From assembly GCF_009914755.1 (NCBI RefSeq), contig NC_060931.1: DNA of 64,000 nt, one strand, 5' to 3'. How positions within the stretch are numbered: position 1 is the first letter of the stretch; each line of letters opens with the position of its first letter. A model generated the notes under the pieces. The model was not told the origin of the DNA and searched no databases. It saw nothing but the letters and a program-made list of their open reading frames with translations. The stretch comes from the human T2T-CHM13v2.0 reference genome, Homo sapiens. Both the position numbers and the translations under genes were made by a program. Below are positions 32,809 through 47,129 of the stretch, piece by piece.

Positions 32809-35800
32809 AAAAACCTTTCTTCAACTCCTGCTCCCCCTGGCATGGAACTTCCAGGTCAACAATCACTAGACTTTTTAGGAAAATCTGTATTATGAAAGAG
32901 ATCAATACAAACAGCAAGGAAAAAAAAATACAACTTTAAGAAAATAGAGAATATACAGTGATACAAAGAAAAAATATTTTATAGAAGTTAAAATATTTCT
33001 ATGAAAATAGAAATATTCACAAGGAAAAAAATCTCTTGGAAATTTGAAATACTATGGCAGAACTGAAAGACCAATAGAAGATTTGGAAAATATAGCTGAG
33101 GAAATTACTCAGAAAGTACAAGTAAAAAGAGGTAGAAATAGGAGGACAAAAAAGAAATTTGGAAGATCTATCCAGAATGTTTAATGTTATGATGGAGGCA
33201 TTCCAGAAAAAAGAGAAAAGAGAAAACTGAAACAGAAACGGGGTTAATCCTCAATGACATAAAGCAATAAAATTTCCTGGTCCTCAAAAACATGAGTTTG
33301 CAGATGGAAAGGCCCACTGAGTTTCAATGGTAAAAACAGAATCATAAAATGTACATCATCAAGAAATTCCAGGTTCCTGAGATCAAAGGGAACACCCCAA
33401 ACAAGTGTAAAGAACAAAAGTTTCTTCCCTAGAAAGCGTTAAGAATGGGAATGGCCTTGGGCTTCTCAAGCCACACTGAAAGCTAGAAGTCAGTGCATTA
33501 CAATTCTGAGGAGCATTGCCTTTCCAATTCTGAGGGACACATTTCCAACTTAAAGTTCTATGCACAACCAACCTATCATTCAAGAGGGTAGAACTAAAAC
33601 ATATTCAGACCAACAAAGTCTCAAAAAATGTTTCTGTTGACTCAGTGAGGTACTGGAGGATTTTCTCCAAATAACGACAGTGGTAACAAAAGTGGGGGTG
33701 AGGGTGCAGGTAGTAGAAAAAAAGAGAAAGATGTAAAACAAAGGAAACTGGAGGTCCAAAGCAGCGGGAGAGAGAGAGGGAAACCCCAGTGTACCACCTG
33801 TGCTACAGGCCTCGCGAGCAGCCAGCCACCTCCAGGAGAGATTTATTCAAGAGGTTTAGACTGATGGAAACTGTAGTGGGTTTGAACGTGTTGAGAGAAG
33901 ATTTATACAATTAGGGGAGGTATAAATGCTTAGAAAACAAAGCAAGTGAAAAGCAAGGCAATTACTAATTCTAGGAAAATAAAAAACTTGGGTTTGGAAA
34001 GGAAAAGAAATTACAGTGCAGTCTTTGACCCGTCTGGGCTGTGAATGGTATTTACATAATCAGCATTGTAGATCATTAACATTGTAGATCATTAACATGA
34101 CAATCTAATTGTCATTTGTAGAAAGTTAATAGATAATGTCTAAACTAGAAAAAACAAGAATTGGCAAAATAAGCATGTTATTTAGAGATATGGAGGAACA
34201 TTTAGAAACAATCAGCTAAAAGAGGATCCCTGCTGTGACCATAAGCATCAGAGACACACATAACAGGGGAAGTGTGACTTTTATGACTTCCTGGGTGAGA
34301 CTCATATTTTTTAACCCACTAAAACTCAAGTTTTCTCTTGTGTGCAGTGGAACCTATTCCTAAATTATACAAATTCCAGAAAGTAGATTTCCTGGCTGAT
34401 ATTGTTTACAGAAAATCTCTACTTTTAATAAATTCCCCACTTTTAATTAATCTCACAATTCAGACCAAAGGAACTACTTCAATTACCTTGCTGTTATCGT
34501 TGCCCTTCTGTAGTAATTTTTCCCCTCCAAGGCACCCTACTCCCTAATACTTGTACATTTACTTTCTTTCCCTTCTGCTGACATGCCCGGGGCGTCTTCT
34601 GCTTTCATGCGTGCATTTACTCTGCCCCTTGCCCCAAGCGTTATGAAATCAATTACTTATTAAGCTACTAAGTAATGTCATTTCCTCCCATCCTTTTGTC
34701 ACTCGGGCCTTGAAAGCAATAGGTCATCCATCTTCTTTTCAGTTCAAGGCCCAAATAACTAGGTCTTAACAATCATCACGACCTAAAGCTAGGTCTAATC
34801 AACTGGAACCAGAGGAAGGAGGAGAAGACATTTGTGTCAGTTTCTTGCATATGTTGGAATTATTTTCTTTGGCAGAAATATGTCACATTCTTTCTTCGTG
34901 ACAGTCAGCAGAGCCGATCACAGGACTACACAGCAGGCCAGTGACAAGGCGCGCCAACCTGGCAATCTCGCTATTATCTTAGTGCTCCTGGTTGCAGCAC
35001 TGCTGGAGACAGGTTACCCTTCCTTGCAGGAAAAAAAAAACAAAAACAAAAAACCTTGCCTCTTCTGAATGGATTACAGTGCATGTGCACAGTGTTTGTT
35101 CAAAGAATAAATACTGGTCATTGTAGCAATAACAACAATGCCAGAAAAATTCTCCTGACACTGGAGAGTTAACTTTCTCTCCCTTTTTAAAGAAATTACC
35201 ATATATCTTGATTTCTCTTCTTCTGTATAGTTGTTTGCTTCCAAACAAGAAAGGAACTGACTTTCCTTGCTGCATATTAAGCTGTACTATGTTTTTGCTT
35301 GGATTGGAATAACAAGAAAAGATAACCAGGTCCATTTTCCCATAGTTACTTAAGCACTTTGAAAGTTACTAATGAAAATAAATGTTAAGGTTTAAAATAA
35401 AAACTATTTTGATTTGGCATTAATGTTCAATTATTTATTTTTTAGAAATCTTATGCAAAAGGTATTTTTAAAAATAGTTATTATTGATTCATATGTAACT
35501 ACTTAAGGCATATACGAAAATTACAAATGATGTAGCTGTTTGTTTATTATACTTCTCTCAGTGTTACTTTCTAAAACATATCCTGCTTGTGGGGCAATAG
35601 AAGCCAATCTGCCTAAATAAAAATAAATTGCCTGTATCTGAAAAATGGCAAAGTGTAGAGCAACCTATTATTTTCACCTGGTGCATAAAGTCATGCAGAA
35701 GGGCCTGGGTTTAATCACAAGAGGTACTGTAAAACACATTTGTGGCATCTGTAACCTAACTCACACCCACATGAGAGATTGGTGCATCTTATGAATTAAA

Positions 35801-36468
35801 CATAAGTCCTGATTTATGTTCAGTTATCCCTCATATCAAAAACTACAGTTGCAGAGCCGTGTCGCTGTGAATTCATTTAATGATATTGATGAGATAGCCT
35901 GCACAGAGACTGCAAAGTAACCACCAGTGCATAGCACGGGCCTATAAATCACTTCTGCAGAGTGGCTAAGCAATAAATAACAAGTCATTAATTCACCGTA
36001 AGTTATGCTAAGAAGCTCAAACTACATACGTACCAGATTGTAAAGAAATGCCTCTAGTACAATATTAGAAACAGGCAATGTTTGGTGTTAAAACAATTTC
36101 ATAAGGGCAAAAATTCATTGAGCAGAATTAATTCCTTATGGATTTCCCTTGGCAGACATAAACCAACACAGATTTTAAAAATCGACCCCCAAAACATCCT
36201 TTCATCCAGAAGTAAATACATGTCAGGTATTAAATCCAATGCAACTTTTTTCAGAGCCCAAATTATGAATCTATCCAATGAATGATATAATGGTATTGGC
36301 ATAAAGCCCTTGGATAAGCTAATAGCATTTCTATAAAGAATAAGCTGGTGAGAATGATGCTAGTTATTCAAATGGCTTTGCCTTGTTGCATCCATAGGAT
36401 CTGTAAAAATAGATAGCTGTGGCCACAGCCACTTTGTTTTCTTATGTGGATGAGAAAACATTTGCTTT

Positions 36469-36561
36469 CAGGTGACTTTCACTAACCGAGACGACTTTCA
36501 CTTTCACTCCTTACAGGTGACTTTCACTAACCTGCTAGGTGACTTTTACTTTCACTCCTTA
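36469..36561 (+). repeat. Imperfect tandem repeat (45 + 48 bp, built from ~22-25-bp subunits)
   Basis: caggtgactttcactaacc..gactttcactttcactcctta occurs twice. Confidence 0.85.
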
Positions 36562-37249
36562 GGGTGATATCCCCAGTCAGCAACCTTCTAGTCAGCACTC
36601 CCCTAAGCATCCTTTCTCCCCAGACCCTCAGAAACTGAGTCCCTAAAGCTGCCCAGGACTTCACTATCTGGCCCCTTCTTGCCCTTCTGACCTTGTGCAC
36701 AGAGTCTATGTCACATATTGGGCTGTCCTGCCCCCTCAACTCAGAATCCTGCTTTTTGCCACATTGCTGAAGTTTTTCAAACAAATTCATTTCCAGAGTT
36801 ATTCTTCCCAGGTGAACAATGGGCAATTGAATGGAAATCTCGGAACAGCAACCTAAATGAAAGTGGTGACTCTAAAGATAAGAACCTCATGCACTTGTTC
36901 AGACAGGTAAGGGAGATATTTTGAGGAAAGAGGGTCTTCTATTGCAGTTTATAGCTGGCTAGCACTGGATTTCCCTGGACTGTAGTATATTTGCACACAT
37001 ATGACAAAGGCCAATCTTTTATTTTTCTTACTACTTTTAGATTTAAGTCTTCCCTGAATTAATCTGTAATCAAGTAACTCCAAATGAGCTCTCATCAGCA
37101 AAGAGTGTTTATCTGATCCTCTATGCAGAATCTCAATACAAGAATACTAAATACAGTAGCATTTTAACTATATTCCATTTCAAGCTTCTATCTAATTTTC
37201 TTCCTAATATCACCTTAGGCCTCTTTTGTCATTACTGCACTCTAATTCT

Positions 37250-37520
37250 AGCTTATCTAATATCAATGTTTAAAATTGCTCCCTCTCTAGACACATTTGC
37301 TTGAATATTTAAGCTCAATTCTTTCCTAGTTATTTCCTGTCTCTAACAATCTCCAGATACCTTTTAAATTTTGTCTTATTCTTCATCGGTTTTTTGCAAC
37401 AAACATCTCTCCGTTTAGTATCATCTGAGAACTTAATTAACTTGCTCTTTTCCCTCTGTTTTAGGTCAATGATGAGGATGTTAATGTAGATACTACGTTT
37501 GTTTCCCTGGAAGGTCACTG
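37250..37520 (-). mobile_element. CR1/L3 LINE reverse-transcriptase remnant
   Basis: ORF 37330-37518 INILIIDL..KSKLIKFSDDTK resembles CR1 FNIFINDL..LIKFADDTKL. Confidence 0.7.
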
Positions 37521-38424
37521 GAAACCCTTTCTCTTTCTACATATTAATACATGGCCAATTGTCTTTTATGATCCTCTGGCTAGTCTCTCTCCCACCTCCA
37601 TTATATGGTAACACCCACATCCTTGTCAATTTGAAGTTTCTCAGTAACACTGCATGGGAAATGAGAAAAGTTATAGCCAAGTGACAGTGCTTTGTGTCCT
37701 TACAGTTCCTAACACCCAGGAGTATCAAAGTGGCATACACTTAAGCAATTCTTCATGAACTTTTCTCTGAAATAAGTTAGGAAAATGCTAAATAAGAGTA
37801 ACTTTATCTTCAGATGGAGAAGCTGAGGTAGAGAAGGCAATCACATCAGAACTTTAATGAGTCAATCTGATTACCTTTGTCTTATACTTAATTTAAGAAT
37901 ATTTATAATTTTAGAATATTTATAATTTTTGTACATACATATATATATGTACGTACAATAATGCTTCATTATATGGACATAACTGAACGACTGAATTTTC
38001 TACGTAAGGAAAATTTCCAGATGAATCCAGAAAACTGAATCTTATGCCATGAGCATAGCAAGAAAATCTTAAACATGGAGCACAAGTAATATTGTATCAG
38101 GAAGGTCTACAAGAAAAAGAGGAAAGCTTGAAGATTTTTCTCTGTATTTTTGTCTTCTTTTTCTCTACTGTTGTAGTGTAACATGCCATTCTGACTCCTT
38201 AAATGAATCACAAGACTATATCTTCATTCTTTTATTTAAAGTTTTTCTTTTCTTTTCACCCAGAAGTTTTTCCTAAAAACTCAAATCAATACCTATTAAT
38301 CAATTTATTAACCATTTCCATATTCATGGACCCCACACGACGGTATTTTTAAGAGTTTATTTTCTCATTTTCTTTCTCTACCTTTACATATATAGTAGTA
38401 ATCAACTTTGTGTGGTCATAGGAA

Positions 38425-38650
38425 GAGCATTGGTTAAGGGCCTGAATTGACTCAGGATAAGCCTGAGCTGCAATCCTGCACTTATTACTCTATGAACTAT
38501 CTGTGTCAGGAGAAAACTATTTAAATGTGCCAAGCCTCTGATTCCTCATCTGCAAAATGGGCATAATAACACTGCTTATTTCATAAGACTGTTGTGAAGA
38601 TTAAATTAGAAGAATGAGGCAATGAACCTAGCAGAGTGGATGGCAACAGA
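38425..38650 (+). mobile_element. MIR SINE
   Basis: tggttaagggc..ttcctcatctgcaaaatggg..gttgtgaagattaaat. Confidence 0.7.
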
Positions 38651-40430
38651 GAGAAGACATTTAGAGAGTTACATATGCTTAAAGAAAATGACAGATGAAA
38701 GACGGATCACCTGACAGATTTGTTCTGATTTGGAAGTTTATTCTGATTCACTTATGATTAAAGATTGAATTCTAGTTAGTGCTATACACTTAACAAATGC
38801 CTTTATTGGAAAGAATATAGTTATCTGCAAGTAAGCCTGTTCCAGAAAACCAAGAATATAAGGTCATGGTTCATATACATCAATAAATCCAAATGAAACA
38901 TCCTCATCTTCATCAGTATTTGAGGATCAGTGTTGTGGCCTTCAAGTGCTATGCCTTGCTGCCTTGGCCACATTATTAGTATATGATGGAACAGATGGAG
39001 AGCAGAAGGGTGGAGCTCAGCCTGCAATGCCCTCTGAGGGCCCAGAGGATCACGGAGTGAAGGTTCATCACAGTGTGATGAAAAGGGAAGTAGAAGCCTT
39101 GGGTTCTACTGTGGGCTGTCACCATGTAGCTCTGTGACATAGAGCTCACCCCTCTCTGGGCCTCAGTTTCCTCATTTTTAAAGTGAGAGTTTAGGTCTTT
39201 CTAGCTACCATTAGAACTTGAAATTGTGCCAGGCCAAGAAAACTTTGCTCTTGTCAATACATCTATTTAGCAATGTTTCTAAAAAGATAGTATTATCCAA
39301 GCTAATTTATACATCTTTGTCCAGAGGAAGGGACAGTTGCAAAGTCAATTAGGGATGGAAGAAGGTACAGAAATAAACATGGGCAGTCTTAAAACAGAAA
39401 TATGTTGGAGTCTTTGCTGTATAATTTTCCATTGTCAGCTTTCAGCTGTCCAACTGTTATTCAAGCAACTTTATATACTGAAAATATTTGTTCATGAAAG
39501 TGATTGAATTTGTAGAGGTGCAGACAAGTATTATAATAAGATCGTAGAGCTATTTCTTGAGTCAATTTTGCTATGGAATTTTTTTTCCATCTTTAAACAT
39601 TTGAGAAATTCAGCTATCAGCCATATAATCATATGCTGTTTAATATTTAAACTTATAAGGTTTTACACATAATGAATCAACAGTTTTACTCTTTCCAGGC
39701 AAATAAAATAAATCTTTGCTCACTGATGAGGCTTCTAAGACAAGTAGCTGGGTGGACATCTTTAGGATGTAATCTTCCTCAGATTTAAAATCATAAGTGT
39801 GACTTGATGCATGAAACAAAAAGTAAGTTATCTATGAAAATTTAAAAAGATGAGTATCATTGTATTTCCTGCAATTTTATTAATTTCAACACTTGATTTG
39901 CCAGTGATTCATACTTCTCCATCAAATACTGGACATTTTGACAATTTTATATTTAAAAATAGAAATTCTACTTACAGATTAGCATTATGAGCTGTGAAAA
40001 GTAATTCCTGAGATCTGGCAGAGGTGTACTAAAGTGCTGTAATAACAGTTTTGGTAGTCCCTTTTTAAGACAAATGTCTATCCCCCAAAGACTTTTTAAA
40101 ATTGACACACTGAGGTGTGTTACTCTGAAAATCTCCATGAGAATGCAGCATTTCTTATAGACATGAATTGTCCAAGACTTTGTCCATTCCCAGCATTGCT
40201 GTGCTGAAAAGCTCTGTGTAAATGGATTTGAACCAACAAAAATGTATTTCAAGGGTTTTTGATACTTAAATTCCTGATTACATCTTTCATTAAAAACACT
40301 TATTTTTTAAGTTCAATCATGTACAATATCTAGCAAGTTAAACTGTTATACGTCAAGTCCTCTAAAATAGAAAAAAAAGGCAGTTCTGATTGCTCTAGAG
40401 TTTTATCTTCATTTTCTTAACGTCAAATTA

Positions 40431-40757
<327 letters not shown>

Positions 40758-40899
40758 GATGTTGCATTACATTAAAAAATGTCTAATGTAAATAATATTT
40801 TACTTTTCATAAAAATGTGAAAAAATCAATATGCACACAGTATCTCCCAAAAGAAAACAATGAGATTTATAGTGGCTATCCAGAACCATCTTTCTCTAG

Positions 40900-40901
<2 letters not shown>

Positions 40902-40958
<57 letters not shown>
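40902..40958 (+). repeat. (AC)~28 microsatellite
   Basis: Direct reading. Confidence 0.95.
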
Positions 40959-40959
<1 letters not shown>

Positions 40960-41132
40960 CTAAGGCCTTCCTTCAGGATTGATAAAACATAGGTTCTACA
41001 TGAAAATAATTTTATCTAACATTGCAACCATAACTCCAGGGATCTGTAAGACCAACATTCTCTATTCTCCTTTCAGTGGGCCTTGAGAGGCTTCTCCAAA
41101 CTTGGGGATCATGTAAGCTACAATGACACTGA

Positions 41133-41576
<444 letters not shown>

Positions 41577-42060
41577 TGATTCTGTTTTCCACTCTTCTGC
41601 TTACCATGTATACAATATCACAATTTATTCACATCAAGTTAGCATTTCACTCTCTAGAACAGTTTTGTGTCCCCCATAAACTTGAATATTTCACTGTAAA
41701 TCCTCACTTCTAGGTGATTTATAAATCCATTAATTGAGACCAAGGACAGGCAGATACCCAAAAGAGGAGGACAGGATCTAAATATGTGGCCAGGCCCTCT
41801 CTATTTGAGATAAGGCTCTGCTTTTAATTTAGCAAAAGCAGAGATGGAGGTGAAAAAGACTTTTACTCAGGTGAAAAGGACTTTAAAGGCTCTCCTAAAT
41901 GGTAAAAGTTGTTAATATTAATCATGCTCACATTTGTGTTTGTACAAGAAACCATGATGTCAAAGAAGAAATCTGTAGGATTTCCTTTGTGAAAAGCTTA
42001 GTTATATTTACATTAAAATTTTACTTTCCCAGTGAAAACTAAATAGACTATAGAAGAAAA

Positions 42061-42403
<343 letters not shown>

Positions 42404-43019
42404 TTAAAAAAAGATCAATATGCAGGCACAATCACCTATCAATCACACTAGTTATTCCACTAACTTACATTATCTTATGATACCTTACAAAAGAAAAAAT
42501 GGGAATTTTATATTCAAAGTATACAGTTAAAAATAACACAGGATTTTTTAAAAATGTAAGTATCAGACAAAGAGGCTCACTCACTACTAATTAATACTAG
42601 TTAGTTGCAAGGCTATGCATTCCAGGGAGCTTTGGAAAAGAGACAGAATGCGTTGCTTTTCAACTGAATTAGTGTGCCTTACAAAATAAACATTTAAAGG
42701 CATTTATTGAAATCCAACAATGAAACAGAAAATACTGCAAAATGAGAAACAATGTTTTCTTAATTAATGTGATGACTGAGTAATCAGAATAGTGACAGGA
42801 ACCTGGCATTATCTTAACTTATGAGTAATTATGAAACATTATTATACAGGACTCTTACTGTTAAAAGTTGAAAAGTTAACTACTATTAGTCTTTGTGATA
42901 CTGGCCTTGATACAAAAATCATATATAGTTTTATGCATACGTCTTAGCTTTTAATTTTATCAGGTTGACTTCATAGTTAACCTTAACATAAAAATAACAT
43001 ACTTTCGTAATGAAAAGAG

Positions 43020-43570
43020 CATTAGTTACAAGGTTGTTCTTCACAAAGCTGTACAATAGTGAGTATTGGAAACAAGCAAAATGTCCAGAAATAAGAGACT
43101 GATTAAACAGATTATAATACATCCACATAGAATTTGAGCCAGATGATGTTGTAGATGCATATTTATTGGGAAAACACTCATAATATAATGTAATGTTAGA
43201 GTTTTTTTCAAGCTAGATTAGAAAATAGAATGTATAATAGAACCCCAAGTTTGTAAAAACTAAAATTGAACACACACATATTTATTGGGAAAACATTCAT
43301 GTTACTTTTTTTTAAAAAAAGCTAGATTAGAGAATAAAATGTATAAGAGAACCCCAAGTTTGTAAAAACTAAAATTCAACACACACATATATCTAGAGAA
43401 ATATACCCCAAGATACACACTGTTATCTCTGGGATAGTGGAAATATGCATATGCGTGTGCACATGTGCAGGTGTCAGTGTGACTGTGCGTCTCTGTACAT
43501 ATATGAATATTTGCTTAGCTGTATTTTTATGTACATAGGCATTGCTTTCATAATCAGAGGTAAAATTGTA
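43020..43570 (+). mobile_element. L1ME-like 3' fragment containing a ~115-120-bp tandem duplication (43158-43390)
   Basis: ttggaaacaa..aaatgtcca..tgattaaa..ttataatacatccaca; duplicated catatttattgggaaaaca..gaaccccaagtttgtaaaaactaaaatt. Confidence 0.65.
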
Positions 43571-45597
43571 TTAAAACTCATTTTAAAATAAGTTTTACTG
43601 TCAAGTTTAAATATTAAAAATCAACTCTATTTATGACATATATTTATTTACTGAAATTCTTTTAAATTATAAGTCTAAACTAAGACATTTTGCATTCTAA
43701 CCCAAATGTGAAATACAGAAAGCCAAAAAAAAATTAACTCAACGCTTTTACAAAAAAACAAAAACAAAAACAAAACTCAGAAAGATACAATGTCTGAAAC
43801 AGTTGGTAGTGGGGTAAGTATATATTCCAGATATAATACAACCCTTGGATTAAACAACTTAACTGTTTAAATAAAAGCGCGATTGAGAGTTACCAAAGTG
43901 GAATATGGAATTGAAGTTACAGAATAAATGCTCTTCAAGAGAAGTCTCTGATTCCCTTTGATCTTTGGAGAGGTCATCTCCTCATGCTCCAAATGAGCCA
44001 TTTAGAAATCTTCCCTTACTATATATTTGTATGAGATATCTGATTGCAGAACAAATCTGAGATCCATAGAATGAAATATTTTGCTTTTCAAATAATAAAA
44101 TATTTCAAAAAATATTTCAAATAATGAAATATTTGAGAAACAAAATATAACATTTAAAAATCAGGAATTATTTTCACTGATCAATCAGAATTAAAAATCA
44201 CTGATCAGAATAAAAATCAGAAATCCTTTCACTGATGCCTTAGAGCAGTTATTCATGCTCTCGGTTTCTTTTAATAAGTTTCTATTTTCCCTAAGTCCAG
44301 AAATATTGCTTTAATTCTTAATATCCAAGATCTTTAAACAGAAATGAACACTAAACCCTTGCTCCTATTTATAAGTTCTGGTGATATATGGATAATATAG
44401 ATTTAATTGTTCATTTACAAAATATACAATAATAAAATCTCTATAAAACTATCCATTTCAATGTATCTTTAAAAAATTTATCCAGCATGGCATTTATTAT
44501 AAATAAGGAAGTCTGAAAAATGTCAGATATTTCATTTAATGTCTTAGGGTTAAATAGTACCATTTAGAATTCCCTAAGATAAATTTATTTGGATTTATTT
44601 ATAAAATTATAAAAGTAGTAATAGCACTTCATTTTAACACCAGAAAATCATCAACGCCATAGTTGGTATGATACTTAAAAGACTTGATGTTTTCACCTAA
44701 TATGATTGTAAGGTACATTTTTCTGTTCCATCTTTCCGTCCCACACACAAATTCATTCCATGCCAAATCCCTTAAATTCCTCTTTTGAAGTTTAAAATTA
44801 ATTCCCATGGTTACTTTTCAATAATCCTCCATCTTCTAAAAATGCAAAATATGTTTATACTTTTTGAGAAATTAGATGAAATCCCAAATATCCTATGTGA
44901 GTATGTGCTATGCTTTTAAAAAGAAAAGAAAAACACTCATTCTTAAAAAAAAAAAAACTATTAATCAAGGAGTCTGATTCTGTAATTAATAAGAACAAGG
45001 TAACAATTTGCTTTAAGTGTCCATTCATAACGTTAAATCAGTGTTAAATTATAAAGAATTTCCATGGAAATGCACAAGACATCCACCTTGATTCTAAATG
45101 AAGTTCATTATGAACAGCTCTATTATACTGAATGGCAAATGAATTCTTAATAATGAGGCACTTGATGTGTTATCCAGAACTGGGGTTGACAAGAAAACCA
45201 CTTAGCTTCACTTTCTAGTAATATTATAGCAAGTAACTGATAATAGCACACACACACATACACACACACATGCACACAGACACACACGTTTAATTTTGAG
45301 AGAAAAACTTTAAAGCATGTTTATCGAACCTTTACAAATGTTTTATTCTTTTATTTTTTAGTGTTTTACTTATTTGTTAAAAAAAGTCATATCAAGAGTA
45401 ATTTAAACAATACCGAACTTTTTAAATATAATGTTTTCTCTGTAGAAGGTTTTGCTGTTTCACAAGCTCATCTTGCCCTTACCATCAAAAGTCCATAACA
45501 ACAGATGCTACAATAATTAAAAACCTATCACTATAGACTCTTCTATCACATTACAGACTAGGAAAATGAAGGAGGTTTATGGTTGTCCTTGTCTCAC

Positions 45598-45684
45598 TTT
45601 ATCCACCTCTTCGTGGTTGATGTGTAGGCTTTAATGTGCATCCTTGCACCTCTCCTTCGGCAGGAAGCCTGTCTCTGGGGATCA
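45598..45684 (-). other. Candidate 87-nt exon (phase 2-2, open frame DPQRQASCRRRGARMHIKAYTSTTKRWIK)
   Basis: gtcctattttctgcaag|TGATCCCC...GGATAAA|gtgaga. Acceptor is a weak AAG (alternative CAG 10 nt inside); frame-compatible with the 926-996 exon. Confidence 0.3.
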
Positions 45685-47129
45685 CTTGCAGAAAATAGGA
45701 CATTGAGTCCATAATTAAAGTAATCTCTTTCCAGGCAGATGCTGCAGTTGGCTCTGTTATCACATATTACAAAAGGCATCTTGAGGGTTATAAAATGTGC
45801 AGCAAATAGCTTTGGAGATGAGAAACAGCAATTTTTCATCTAATTTTGATCCATAGACATGTAAGTACTGTATTGCTACTTTTTGGTTTTGAGCCAAATA
45901 ACTATTATGGTGCTGAGATGAGCCAGGCGGTAACCAAAATTAAAGAATACTTTAGCTTTTATCCTCAAAGTGAGAAAAGCTCTTTTGTAACCATCTTTGC
46001 ACTTAGCAAATAAGGATGCCATCTCAAATCTGAGCATTAATGCCTGCAGGCGGATTTAGAAGAAAGGCTTATGTGGCTTAGCTTTACAGCCACACTTTCA
46101 ATATATTTACTTAGGTTAAAACCAGGGGTTGATTAAGGGACCTACCATCTTTGCTCCTTTGCAACTACAGTGTACATTTTTAATTAGAAGGCTTTTCACT
46201 GTTTATCTTTCCTATAAAATTTAGGACATTGCTCTTTGAAATATATGTCAGCCTGGAAAACGAATATGCTCATGCTATTCATAATCCCTTCTATAAATAC
46301 TAATAGTGGAAATACATGGAGGAGATTTGACTAACACATTTTTGTTTCCAGCTTTGAACTCATCAATGTGGATAACCAAAACCTCACTTTAATATTGTGA
46401 GGCGCTAAAATAGAGATGGAAATAATAATTTCATTTAATATTTATTTCTCAGTGCTAAATAAAACATCAATATGCACTGATTTAATGTTAAATAGGTTAT
46501 CTTATAATTCCAGAAAATACGTGGCTTACATTTTTTTAATTTCCTCAAATTGTTTTTCTTTTAACTTTGTGATGACAAAGTTTTACATGAATTCAGGCCA
46601 TCAATTAAAAAATATTGTTAATATTAACCTTCTAAATTTTTTATTAGTCTAAATAGCATTCAAAAACCATAAATATCTAATTTAACAATAGAAATATTGT
46701 TAAACTCTAGCAAGTTTAAACCTTCATAATATTTAGAAGAGGAATGTATGCAATGTCATTTGAATTAGCAAAGAAAAACTAACTGCAAATCAAAAATTCA
46801 AATTATTGATAAAATTTTGTTAAATTACCAAATTGGTATTTCCAGAGCACCTAAGATACTGTAATATAAAGCTAGCTGTCACCAGCACATGCCTAAAGGT
46901 AGAAATGGCAGAGTATAAACTCTAATTCTATAACATAATCTTCTGGCATATTCAAGCATTTTTCCACTCATGTAAGCATGTATTCATTCATCTATTCAAC
47001 AACCAATGTTTAAAGAATTACTTTGCCTAAATATTTTCATAATACTACCTGCAATTGAAATACTAGAAATACGTACTCAGTATTCTGCCACCTGAAAAAC
47101 AGGTTTCAATTTTGTATGTTTCCTTCAGC

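Larger units (their letters stand above)
31510..34230 (+). mobile_element. HAL1 / ancient L1 ORF1-like remnant, interrupted by L1PA16- and L1PA4-like inserts
   Basis: gcattccagaaa..aaatttcctg..cagatggaaaggcccactgag..gaatggccttgggcttctc..agctagaag..ctatcattcaag are degenerate ORF1 motifs with no ORF2 following. Confidence 0.55.

Noticed and set aside
36461-36566. CRISPR-like repeat-spacer array
   Set aside because: Eukaryotic DNA; only two imperfect tandem units and no unique spacers.
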